From Selaginella moellendorffii (taxonomy: Eukaryota; Plantae; Lycopodiophyta), in assembly GCF_000143415.4 (NCBI RefSeq), contig NW_003314307.1, positions 1,313,684-1,377,683 on the forward strand: a DNA stretch of 64,000 nt, written 5' to 3'. Both the position numbers and the translations under genes were made by a program. The notes below the pieces were generated by a model. That model did not search any database. It worked only from the letters and a program-made list of their open reading frames with translations, and was not told the DNA's origin. Below are positions 49,301 to 60,915 of the stretch, piece by piece (position 1 is the stretch's first letter; the number at the start of each line of letters is the position of its first letter).

Positions 49301-51770
49301 ACCCTTGAGTAGTGCGGCTCGAAAGAATAGTCCGCCGCAGTTGTACTCGACAACGCATTTGCCCTTGGAGTCGGAAGCAGGTGACCCACCCGCTATTGCG
49401 TTAAAGACCCAGCTGAGCATTTCCCATGCTGCACCTAGAGCTTTCTCTGGATTTGAAAGCTCCATAGCCGTCTTCAGTTCCTCAGGCACGGGTAAATTGA
49501 CCTCCCTCAGATCAATTCGATCGGCCTTGTCGAACGAAGCTAGGAAGTCACTCCAGTCCCACTCTGCTGCAGGACCAATAACAACGGCGAGTGTGAAGAT
49601 GCGGACATTCGTCGGTATCTTCTTCTTAGCCATTATCCCATGGATCTCCTGCATCTCTTTGCCTTTCAACCGAGCCTTCACCTCATTCAAGGCCTTCCAG
49701 AACTTGTGATAGGATTCGGAGTCATAGATCATATAGTGGACTGAAGATTCCACCTCCGCAAGTCCCACCATTAAGTCAATGATGGAGCTGACTTCGTCTG
49801 CATGAGTGATCTCCTCGTTTGTGAAGTCCATCACACAAAAGATGTTCTTGACCTGCTCATCTCCGCGGGAAACGATGCTCCTCCACCTTTGATCCTCATC
49901 CGAATTCACATATACCCGGTAAGGTTCTCGATAGGCCTCTGCTGCGGGGTCGAGCTGTTTCTGAAGCCGGCGGTCGACATCCCTCTTAATGAAATTTGGA
50001 TACTGATCCAACTTCTCAGCTTTACTTTTCATGGCATCCCGCAGCAGATCGATGAACTTGGGGGCCCCCTTCACGTACTCGTCGATGTCTTCATTTGACA
50101 ACTCCAGCTCTTCCATCATCTCTTGCGTGGTGTCGATGCTCACCCTCTCCACGGCCACTTGCTCGAAGATCCAATCCTTCAATAGCGCACGAGCTCTCAG
50201 AGTCGTGCACAAGTCCTCGTATGTCACAATATGGCCGGGAGTCATTTTGGTCTTGTTGAAGACTACCTCACCACGTAGAAGAGCATTAGCCACTGTCAGA
50301 AGGTCGTCGTCGTCTAGAGACCGCGAGAAACGCAAGGCGTTGAGCTTCAAATCATTGGGCTTCCGGCTGTCCTCCACACCTATTGAGTTTAGCAACTCCC
50401 CGTCATGGTACCTCCTCAGCACATCTACCCATTTGTCAAAAACAACTTTTGTCGCGAGTAGAATGTTATGGATGTTGAGTGTGTCATTGACCCCCAGTGT
50501 TTTCGAGAGAAGACTTGAGAATTCCTGCAATGGAAATGGCGTGAGGCCACATGCTATGCCACATGCAACGAGGCTTACCTGCCAGGCGCTAGTTGCTAGT
50601 GCACGTCCTTGTCCTGGTTTTTGTGGCTTCTTCAGTTGAACCCAGAGCTTCCGTGTTCGTGCCAATGTCTCGTGCAGACCCGATTTGTAGCACGTTTCTT
50701 GCTTGACATTCTGCGCGTGGGAGATGTATATGATAGATCAGAGGGGCGAGTTGCCTTTTATCAGGCGGACAACTCTTGTCTTGAAGACTTTCTTCACCTC
50801 CTCGCCCACCATAATATCCACAACTATCTCTTGCATCGCCAAGCTAGAATGCTGCCCGGAGACGGCATAGAACCAGATATTCTGATCGTCCAACACCTTC
50901 CTATTGATCAAGTCTGGAAACCTCGTCTCGCCCTTCATTGTTCGGTAGTAGGGGATCACGTCTGCGATGTCAGGTGTTACTGGACTTGCCAGCATCTTCT
51001 GCTTCAGTTTCTCCACCCACTCATTAGGTACTAGTCTGTGGTTGTATTTGCTTTGGATGTCGATACGGCTCACATCGACACGTCGATTGTATATACTTTG
51101 TTGGAATAGTAACAAGTACTATTATCTGCGACAATTTTTGCTGCCTCTTCTTGCTCTTTCTGCTCTTTGCGGCTCTTCTTTTGGTGGGTGTAGTGTTCGA
51201 ACCCAAGGCAATGGCATCACCGAGTAGCTTCTTTTTTGGAGCAGGAGAGTCAGACATCGGCTTGAGCTTGACCACCCTTTTCTGCTTTGGGGTAGTTTCC
51301 AGATCGACCCCTTTCCCCTTCGCTTCGCGAACTCTCAATGGCACTCTCAATGGCTCAATGTTGGAATATAGTTTTTGAACATCGCCGTAGGTGAGGTCCG
51401 TGGATTCCATGTGATCTTCATAGACCCGCAGCGTCTTTGAAATTGTGGGCCTCCTGGACAACCTCTCCCTAGCTCCCTCTAGGAATTCCTCATAGCCGCT
51501 GCCCCCCTCTGGGAAGCCACTAGGATGTGCAAGGTGGATCTTGAAGGCGGACGCTGTCTCTACCACAAGTGCCAGTTCATATTCTTGCATGGAACTGCAT
51601 GGAGTGTCTGTCACTTGGATGAGGATCCCCATGCATTCTTTTCTCCCACCATCTGTGTTGTACAGCCTCAGATCCTCGCCTTCCATCCCGAAAGTCCAAC
51701 TGGTGAGCTCCTCCCCCTTCTCTGCATCCACATTGACAGTGGCTGGAAGAAGAACGCAATTCCTCGCCTG
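46355..51770 (-). pseudogene. Cargo gene, copy 2 (ParB-like/MTase-like/FCP1-like)
   Basis: Homologous to 25412-30784. It keeps DLNGVL and the in-frame MTase-like tail (49184-50665 ORF), and has its own frameshifts near 51085-51180. Confidence 0.75.
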
Positions 51771-54700
51771 TTCAGAAATGCACAACAATTAGAGCTGACA
51801 GATGAAAAGCTAGCAGCTGGAAATAATGTGAGGCCATACGCCATTCACCACTGCATCAGATGTCTTGAGGCTGCATCCTAAGATGGCGTGAGGCTACACA
51901 CCATCTGTAACCAGACTGCACTCGAGAGCCCAATCAGTGCATGCCAATATTGCTACTGAATGGCATGTGGCCTCATGCCATTTTTTACTTGGCCTAAAAG
52001 ACTTACCATTTGAAGCCGAATGGAGGCGTGACAATCGAGGCCGGACTCGCTGGCGAATGTGCACTGTGTGTGCAGCGGATCGTAGCAGCAAGGCTACTTT
52101 GCCACTTACAGTTGGAGAGTGGCGCTGAAATCTCCCGGGACGCCAAGTGGGCTGCGTGTGGGTGGCGGAGTGGGCAGCGGAGTTGGCGGCGAAGTTACAA
52201 ACTGGGTGTGTCTTGAAGTGGACGCTGATGCACACGAGCGCGATGCAAGCGCGATGGGAGCGCGAGTGTGATGCAAGCGCGAGTGGACGCCGATGCACAC
52301 GAGAAACCTGTAGAGAAGGTAGATGAGCGTGAATGTGAGCGTGATCGCGAGTGGGAGCGCGATGCGAGCGCGAGTGTGCGAGCGCGAGTACGATGCAAAA
52401 CCTAACCTCACACACGCGAAATGTCACGACGGTTGGTAATCCCGCCACGTCATCATTCCTCAGACTTGGGCGCCACCATTAATTTCTGGATCGCCGCGCG
52501 CATGCATGCACGTGAAATCCAAAAGAAATCCGCAACGTCATCATTCCTCAGACTGCATGCACGCGAAATCCAAAAGAAAGATCATGATTGGGATATCATT
52601 TAATACCCTCGCTATATTTATACCATGCATGATTGGATATTCCAAAGCATCTTGTATTTCCAAAAATGCCAGATGTTCAGCTAAATAAAGAATGGTATAC
52701 AATGTCCTTCTTGATGACCCTGCAAAGAAGCATCTCGATCGGACACCACATGAAACCACACGAGCCTTACAATGTTTCAGGGGCATTTGCCATAGATCCG
52801 ACCGTTATTTTGCTCCAAGATTCTACAATTTGGTGTGCATTGACCTTTCCATCGACACTGCAAAGGGACATCACAATCAGATGCAGGATCACAAGAAACC
52901 AACTTCACTAACTCTGGTTTCACCAAGATCTACTTAAGGAGTTATGAAATGAAAGGACCCTCTCTATTGAAATGTGTTTATGGTCCTGACATATCAAAGG
53001 ATTTTGCATCAAGTTCTGTATTTGCATGTTTATCGAGCTATTGAATTGCTAAACCCTAAACCCTAAACATGTGGCAAATGTTGCGTGAAGAAAGATGCCC
53101 TTTCTGGGCAAATGCTGTAAGAGGCAGATGCCGAGCAGTTACACGGTGAATAATCTTGGCGCGGATCGCTGACATGGCATGGCAAAGTTCGAATCACTGA
53201 CATGGCACAGCTGGATCGAGGCAAGGACATGATGTGACAAAGTTCAACGTCCGACAGCAAAGTCTAGAAGCTACTCAGTTTGAAATTTGTCAGAGGAATT
53301 ATAAGATCTGGTTTGTCAGAGGATTTGATGTGACGTTCAAGCGTGTGGGCTCATGCAATTTTGATCCCAAAAAATGCACCAAAAAATGCTCGGCGTCATC
53401 TGGCATTATCTCTTGAATGGCGTGGGGCCGCATGCCATTTTCAGGGGCACATAGGAGTATATTCCTAGAATATTCTGACACGCGTGAGATTTTTTTGAGT
53501 TTTCTGGAGATCCAACCGTTAGATCGCAACTAGATTTTACAAAATGGTGTACAATGTCTTTCTTGATGACCCTGCAAAGAAGCATCTCGATTGGACACCA
53601 CATGAGACCACACGAGCCTTACAATGTTTTAGGGGCATTTGCCATAGATCCGACCGTTATTTTGCTCCAAGATTTTACAGTTTGGTGTGCATTGACCTTT
53701 TCATTGACACTGCAAAGGGACATCACAATCAAATGCGGGATCACAAGAAACTAACTTCACTAACTCTGGTTTCACCAAGATCTACGTAAGGAGTTATGAA
53801 ATGAAAGGACCCTCTTTATTGAAATGTGTTTATGGTCCTAGGGGCATTGTGACATATCAAAGGATTTTGCATCAAGTTCTGTATTTGCATGTTTATCAAG
53901 CTATTGAATTGCTAAACCCTAAACCCTAAACCCTAAACATGTGGCAAATGCTGCGTGAAGAAAGATGCCCTTTCTGGGCAAATGCTGTAAGAGGCAGATG
54001 CCGAGCAGATGTATCTCAGGCTAGCGAAGGGGACAAACGAAAGCTAGCTATAAACATGACGGGATGCAAATAGATTACTAGGCTGGTCCTGCAAAAATCA
54101 AAAACCATAATTGAAAACATTGAAAATGCAAAAAGAAAGGTTTATAATATTTTTGAATTTTAAGCAACCAAAGGAATGTAAGTAGGGCATGTGTTTGTCA
54201 GTTTAAAAATGCCTCAACCACTTAAATTCCCAAGTAAATAAAGCTGTTTCTATTTTTGGTACAGATAAACTTTATAGCGTGTGGGCTCATGCAATTTTGA
54301 ACCCAAAAATGCACCAAAAAATGCTCGACTAGCATTATTCTTTGAATGGCATGTGGCCTTATATTGCCATAAATGGACGTACACACACAGCATAATTATT
54401 CCTTTACACGGCGAATAATCTTGGTGCGGATTGCTGACATGGCATGGCAAAGTTCGAATCACTGACATGGCACAGCTGGATCGAGGCAAGGACATGATGT
54501 GACAAAGTTCAACCTCCGACAGCAAAGTCTAGAAGCTACTCAGTTTGAAATTTGTCAGAGGAATCATAAGATCTGGTTTGTCAGAGGATTTGATGTGACA
54601 TTCAAGCGTGTGTTATTTTTGAATTCTCGAACTCATTCCTAGGTCTATCATTTTTGTGCACCGTGTTCTTGGTTCCGCTGAGCGCAGTGAGCGCTGCTTG

Positions 54701-55232
54701 TGTAAGTGGCGTTGTGAGCTGTAGTTTATGCGTCTACGAGCGGTTGCGGCATTGCGAGCGCCATTGCGAGCAGCAGTTTATGCGAGTGGCAGTTTGTGCG
54801 AGCGGCGCTACGAGCAGTTGCGGTGTTGCGAGCGGCGCTACGAGTAGTTGTGGTGTTGCGAGCGGCACTGTCTTTGGTGTGGCTACCGCTTCCTCTTGAT
54901 ATTCGGCACTTGTGCTTCCTGGTATGTTCACCATAGAATGGCTTAGGACCACATTTAGAAATAGCATGAGGCCACATGCCATCTTGGGCCCTTGCAATTT
55001 CATGGCTAGCGTATTGTCATGTATGTTTTTACTTGCCTGCAGCTGTGTGTATATCAAGATGGCATGAGGGCTCATGCCAATTTTGTGAATGCGAAATTTC
55101 ACGTGGGTGTCAATAGCATGTTTGAATAATGGCATGTGGCCTTATGCTATTGAGGTTGTTTGGTATGTTATGATTTAGGCCATTCTCCAATCATTTTTTG
55201 TATGGTCTTAACTTCTTTTCTGCACTTTCAGA

Positions 55233-58043
55233 ATGGCCTCCGTAAGTGCGACGCATGTTCCCTCCGTGGATCTTAAGAACCGTGCTACATGGATTCAGGC
55301 AAAGGTGTTTCTAAACAACCCCGAGGGGGAGGTGGTAGCTGAGGGCTTAGCCACAGTTGTCGATCCAAGAGATGCGGTTGCTAATCAAGAATTGGGCTGG
55401 GATGATATTGGAGTTGCGATTTTAGAGGTTGTTGACACAGAAGAAAACAGTCTGACTATTGGAAGCATTGTGTGGTGGAAATTGAGGCACTTAGTGTTTG
55501 AGAATGTGAAGGATTCACAATCAAGCACCACTACAACTGATGACAGAACATCTCTTCATGGGAAAAGAAAGTACACCTTCCTAAAGCGCAACCAAAGGGA
55601 TTTGAGCAATGAACCGAAAAGGCAGAAAATGGCAATGGAGGTTCAAATGGTCTCGATAGTTGCTTGTTGCAAGAGGAGGTGCTGTCAACATGCTGATTGG
55701 GATGCTATTGAAGAGGAGAGAGCAAGATACAAGACATTGTCCTGGAAGGCAGCTCGCAATTTTGTGTATGAGGCATTACGGTCATCTGTTGATGCTTCAG
55801 AACATCAGGTGGGGGGCATGGTCTTCCAGAGGGGTTTGGTCTGCATGAAGGCATGGAGAATTATTTATGGAGTCCCTCGAACCACATTCTACAGAATCAA
55901 AACTAAGTTTGAAGAACAAAGGGTTCAACAGGCAGTCTATGGGAACGACGGTACTCACAAAACCAGGGGTCATATTATATATGGAGAGGCAATCTTCAAG
56001 TGGTTTGTCGAGACATGTAGCGAGCAGCAACCACATAAAACCCGCCTCTTGGAAGATGGAACTTGAGACACCCAACGAGTTCTCCCTTCCATGTATACCA
56101 AGGGGGCCATATTGGAAGATTTTAATCGGGAACTCCAGAGTAATGGCTACAGGAAGCTGAGCCAATCTAGATTTAGTAGATTGTGGAGCAACAGGTTCAG
56201 GGATGTGAGTATAGGAAAGTACTCCAGCTTTTCAAAGTGTGACGAGTGCACTGCTATCAAAATGGCTTTGTCGAAGAATTCTTGCATCGCTCAAGAGCGA
56301 GAGACGTTGATTAGAAGGCGGCTCGACCACAACATCGAGCAGAGAAGCTGCAGGACTGCATATTATCATAACAGGATTCTCTCCATGAAGAGACCTGACT
56401 CTTACCTCTGCAGCATCCACGATAAAATAGACCAGAAAAAGACGTGCTTACCTCGACTCAATCCTACCCCTAAGGCAATCTCTTCATCCATGCAGCTGCC
56501 TGTGTCTCTGTTTGGCATAATCGCTCATGGGCATGGTGCCTAGAACTATGGGAACTTCTTTGTACCTCTATGGGGTGGCGGGGGTGCAAACATGATGATT
56601 GCGTCCCTAGCAAAACACTTAACGTCTCTGCAAAGTGTGCAGACTGAGCTGAACGGCCAACCCTTGCATAAGGCCCTTGTCGATCGAACCCCATACAGAG
56701 TTCAGCTGGAGGAGGAGCAAAGGCTTGCAGTATCGCGTGGGGCCCCATGCCATCCCAGTGAATATGTTGGCCGTTAGATTGTAGGGTTATCACATGAGGC
56801 CTCATGCCATTCCGACGAGGCTAGTCGCCCGGTGAATGCACAGCCTCATCCAAGCGAAGCAGAATCTCAAGGAAGTTCTTGCGGCCGATGTGGCCTTCCA
56901 CCCCATCTTCTGCTCCAAACAGACAATGCTGGCAGTGAGAACAAAAGCATGTACGTCTTCGCGTACTTGGCGATGCTTGTTGCCAAAGGCATATTTGAAA
57001 CGGTTACACTTGGCTTTCTCATGGTTGGGCACACTCATGAAGACGTCGATGCCATGTTCAGTCACCTGGCAGAGTCCCTCCGGCGATCCAATGTCCTCAC
57101 CCTCCCACAACTCTACGATGAATTCCAAAATTGCATCAAAGTCACTGTTGAAGTTGCACTTGTGACAGAGGTTCCAGACTTTAAGGGGTTTGTAAGAGGC
57201 TACATCAGGGACGGATCCGAAACGCTGATTGGCCACTCCAAGCCTCTTCAGTTTCATTTCAGCATGTGTGACGGTGCTCCAGTGATGAGGTACAAGATGA
57301 GAGAATGGGACACAGTGTGGCTGCCAGTGGACGGCATTGAACTCTTCAAGAGAGATCCCATAACTGGGGAACCTATGATTCCTCGGGTTCCCCACGGCCG
57401 ATGCACCCGGATGGACTCAAAGACCAGGAAAGTATAGTGGCCGGGATTAGACAGCATATTGCCTTCTGGAAGAGGGGGTTGGTGTTTGGTGGAGAATCCT
57501 ATTTTCAGAGGTGCAAGCCTTTGATCAAATACTGGGAGAAGATTATATCTGCTATCCAAAATGGGCCGGTTGTATATGAAGAATTGGAAGAGTCCTTTTG
57601 GCCAGAACCCAGAGCACCAGATAGTAGTGGAACAATGTCCTCTGGAAATGCAGTGACAGATAACGATGTTGAGGATCACTATTGTGGGCCAAGGAACAAG
57701 AAGCCGGATTCAGCATTCAATCCAGTACAGGTCTGCAAAGGAACGGTCGTGCTTGTCAGACCCAGTAATAAAAAACAAATGATATGGGTGGGGCGCTGCA
57801 TCATTGATGCAGAGGAGGACGCGGAAACTAACTCCTTCAATGTAACTGTGGAGTGGTTCAAGCCAAGTTCCGGATATACGAAGGATTGCCTAGAAAAGAG
57901 ATGGGTGTTGAATCCAAGGGATCCCAGCATGAGCATATCGGTGGATAATGTTGTGCATGGTTGGATGCGGAAGTAGAGTGCCACCATCACCTTGCCAGAC
58001 CATGCAAGAGATGCAGCAAGAGCATTCATAACCCGGGTTCAAG
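55233..58043 (+). pseudogene. Sola-like DDE transposase, copy 2 (stops at 56066, 56543, 56777, 57976; frameshift ~57390)
   Basis: Same motifs as copy 1 (HDKIDQ, QTDNAGSENK, GHTHEDVDAMFS). Confidence 0.8.
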
Positions 58044-59688
58044 GTGAGATTCATTAATATTCCTTTACTAAGTTTCTAATGTATTTTATTTCAAGGTGAA
58101 CAATCCGAATCTGAATCAGAGGAGGCGTGATGGCATGTGGCCTTACGCCATTCCTAGGTGAGATGATACAAATAACAAGTATAAATTCTTAGTTGTTCTA
58201 GCAAATTTTACTTAAAGTTCAAGGTGAACAAGACGAATATGAATTCATCGGATTGTTATAACAAATTGCGAGGTGATGGCATGAGGCGATACACCATTTG
58301 AGAGTGGTAGCCATTCCTATATGAGGTGAGTGAAATATTTATTAGAAATACCTCATTCAATTGTGCACTTCTAAGTCTTGGTCCACTCAGTACTGTTTGC
58401 ATGTTTTTATTTTAATTCTTTCTCTAAAATGTTATTTAGCATGTGGCTTCATGCCATTGCTCTCCACAATCATGCATTGAATTTTTCTATCCTTGCATAA
58501 TACTTCTCCATATATATAGCATGTGCGCACATGTGATATGGTTCATTAGGCTTGATATAGTGTGTGAGGTAAAACAAAGATGATATGACATATGCATTTA
58601 CCAATCACACGTGCATAAATCTAATAATATGGCGTGTAGCCCATATTAATGGCACATAAACCCATATTGTGGGCTTACGTGCTTTATGTACCATCATTCC
58701 CTTGCAGCGTGTGTGTTGGTTTCCTTTTATAACACAACAAACTCCATATTTTAGGGTGAAGAGCGTTCTCATGGCAAGCACAAAATCTGTAAGTGAGGCA
58801 GAAAAGGAGACAGAGAAGGAGATAGGTGAAGATGTAGAATATATAAGTCTTCCAAACTCCCCGTACTATACTCCAGGTGATCATTTTTCTGAACAAACGG
58901 CAACATTAACAACTATCGAGAACGCCCCAGTAACGTCAGAGACAACAATCCAAAGCAAAACAACTGACCCAGAGAAGGATGATAGTACCGCTGAGAGTAC
59001 CAAAAAGGAGGTGTCCACTAGCACTTAGGCTTATAATGGCGTGTGCCCTCATGCCATTTACTTGATCACCAAATACCTTTTTCCCTTTGCACTAGTATAT
59101 CTTAATACCGGTCTGAGAAATAGAATGGCATGTGCCCTCAGGCCTTTTACTAAATCACCTTTGAAAGAAATGCAAGCCTCTATGTCGTAAAAAAAAGGTA
59201 CTAGAGAAATTCCTTAATAATATGAATGTTATTTAGTTTCATGAAAATACACTAAGGGTCAAATGAGTTAAATGACTTCTCCAAACTAGCAATGCCTCTT
59301 GCTACACCTTCACAATTAGATTCGTTAGAAAAAGATAACATTGAATAATATCTAAATGTTCTCACCATTAAGTTATATGTCTGGCTAATAGGAATGACGT
59401 TCATCTTGGAAAGCTCACCACACGCTCAATGAACAAACAAATAGTGTGTGCACACATGCCATCGCTCTTCTTTAGCTTCAGATTCGGCTTGTTCACCTTG
59501 ACAATGAGATTTATTATACAACCAGATGGACTCAGTCTGGACACAAAGTCACCGCGCTAGTCACCATGCCCCAGATATGTCTAGCCCCTGGACAAAAAAC
59601 ATATAATTTCACGTCATTTTCAAATACTTGAAAATTTGTACCTAGTCCCATTTTACTGAATAAATCCCACTTTAACGAAATAGAGCAT

Positions 59689-60110
59689 ATCAGCCGGAAG
59701 TTGACCCAAAGGTAAAAATGCATGTATTTTTATAAATGAATTCATCTTGAGTTCCTTAAATAGGTTCGCGGGGCCTTACGAGATTGAGGCTTGAATCGGT
59801 AAAGTGGCTTATCGTCTCCGACTTCCTCGAGAGATGGAGAAGATGCACCCCGTGTTCCATGTAAACTTACTTAAGCCATATTTTGAGGATCCGCTTCGCA
59901 AGAACCAAGTAAGACTTTTACCTGAGGTTATCCAAGGGGAAGAGGAATACGAAGTCGAGGCCATCCTCAATGCGCGCAAGAGCAAATGACAAGGACACGA
60001 GGCGAAAGAGTTCCATGTGAAGTGGAAAGGATTTCCACACTGCGAAACAACATGGGAACTGGAGGAGAACCTAGCGAACGCGCGAGATCTAGTGGAGGAA
60101 TTTCTGCAAG
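59689..60110 (+). pseudogene. Integrase C-terminus (GPY/F) and chromodomain of element C
   Basis: SRKLTQR|FAGPYEI after removing the 59712-59763 intron; AYRLRLP...HPVFHVNLLKPY; EEEYEVEAIL...FHVKWKGFPHCENTWE.EENL. Confidence 0.88.
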
Positions 60111-60639
60111 GCAGAACTCTATGTACTTATGCAAAGTTCAATTAAAAGTATCAATTTGAGAAGTTGAGCAATAGCATATGTTGGGACCCGAAGGCGCGCC
60201 GAAGGTAAACTAATTAGCATGGGTTAGCTAGGTCGACCAGGCGTAGCGAGCTACACCCGACTCCCTGCGGGGATGTCGAATCCGTAGACGTATTCTACAG
60301 AGGTTGGGTTCGAGTCCCAACCCCCTAGTAAAGCAAGGCTGGGTTCAAGTCTCGACCCCATACTAGGGCGTGGTGAGGTGAGGAGTATAGGGACACCTAT
60401 ATTCCGTTGTCATGGGCTCTTGGCCAGGGAGGCTAACTTAGGCACACCGCTAAGTGGGGGGATGCCCCCGGAGACATGGTCAACAAGTCGTAGGATAAAA
60501 AAAAGAGACGTTTGATGTGGGCATCGAACTTCTTCTATGGGTGGTGGAGTTGTAAGGAACCGACTCGCCGAGGTGTCGTAGGCTAAAGGAGCCCAGAAAG
60601 CTTGACTAAAATGATAAAGAGTTCATCGGATGGGACCAA

Positions 60640-60915
60640 GTCTAAGATCGAGTCCAAGACCGACTCTAAGACCGAGTTTGAGATAGAGCCCGGAATCGAG
60701 TCCGAGACCGACTCGGAGACCGAGTTCGAGACCGAGTTCGAGATCGAGCTCGAGACAGAGTCCGAGATCCGAAATCAGGTCCGAGACCGAGTCCGAGGTC
60801 GAGTCCGAGGTCGGGTCCGAGATCGGGTCCGAGATCAAGTTCGAGATCGAGTCTGAGACCGAATCCGAAGTCGGATCCGAGATCGAGTCCGAGATCGAGC
60901 TAGAGACTAAGTCCG
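60640..60915. repeat. Hexamer-based tandem array (CCGAGA/TCCGAG/TCGAGT) within the LTR
   Basis: Visible degenerate 6/12-bp periodicity; the counterpart lies at 37840-38115 on the opposite strand. Confidence 0.9.

Larger units (their letters stand above)
45913..59688 (+). mobile_element. Large TIR DNA transposon, copy 2 (13.78 kb, inverted relative to copy 1)
   Basis: Termini AAGCTCTATTTTGTTAAAGTGGGA ... TCCCACTTTAACGAAATAGAGCAT; TSD ATCA at 45909-45912 and 59689-59692. Removing it restores the integrase peptide LRLPSGI-SRKLTQR. Confidence 0.95.

Noticed and set aside
17472-59688. A single giant element or inverted segmental duplication with 13.8-kb arms, or an assembly artefact
   Set aside because: Each arm has its own TIR pair and distinct TSD, sits in a different host retroelement and has private mutations.
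60602-60856. ETE/RVRD-repeat ORFs in the LTR
   Set aside because: They are translations of a hexamer tandem array.
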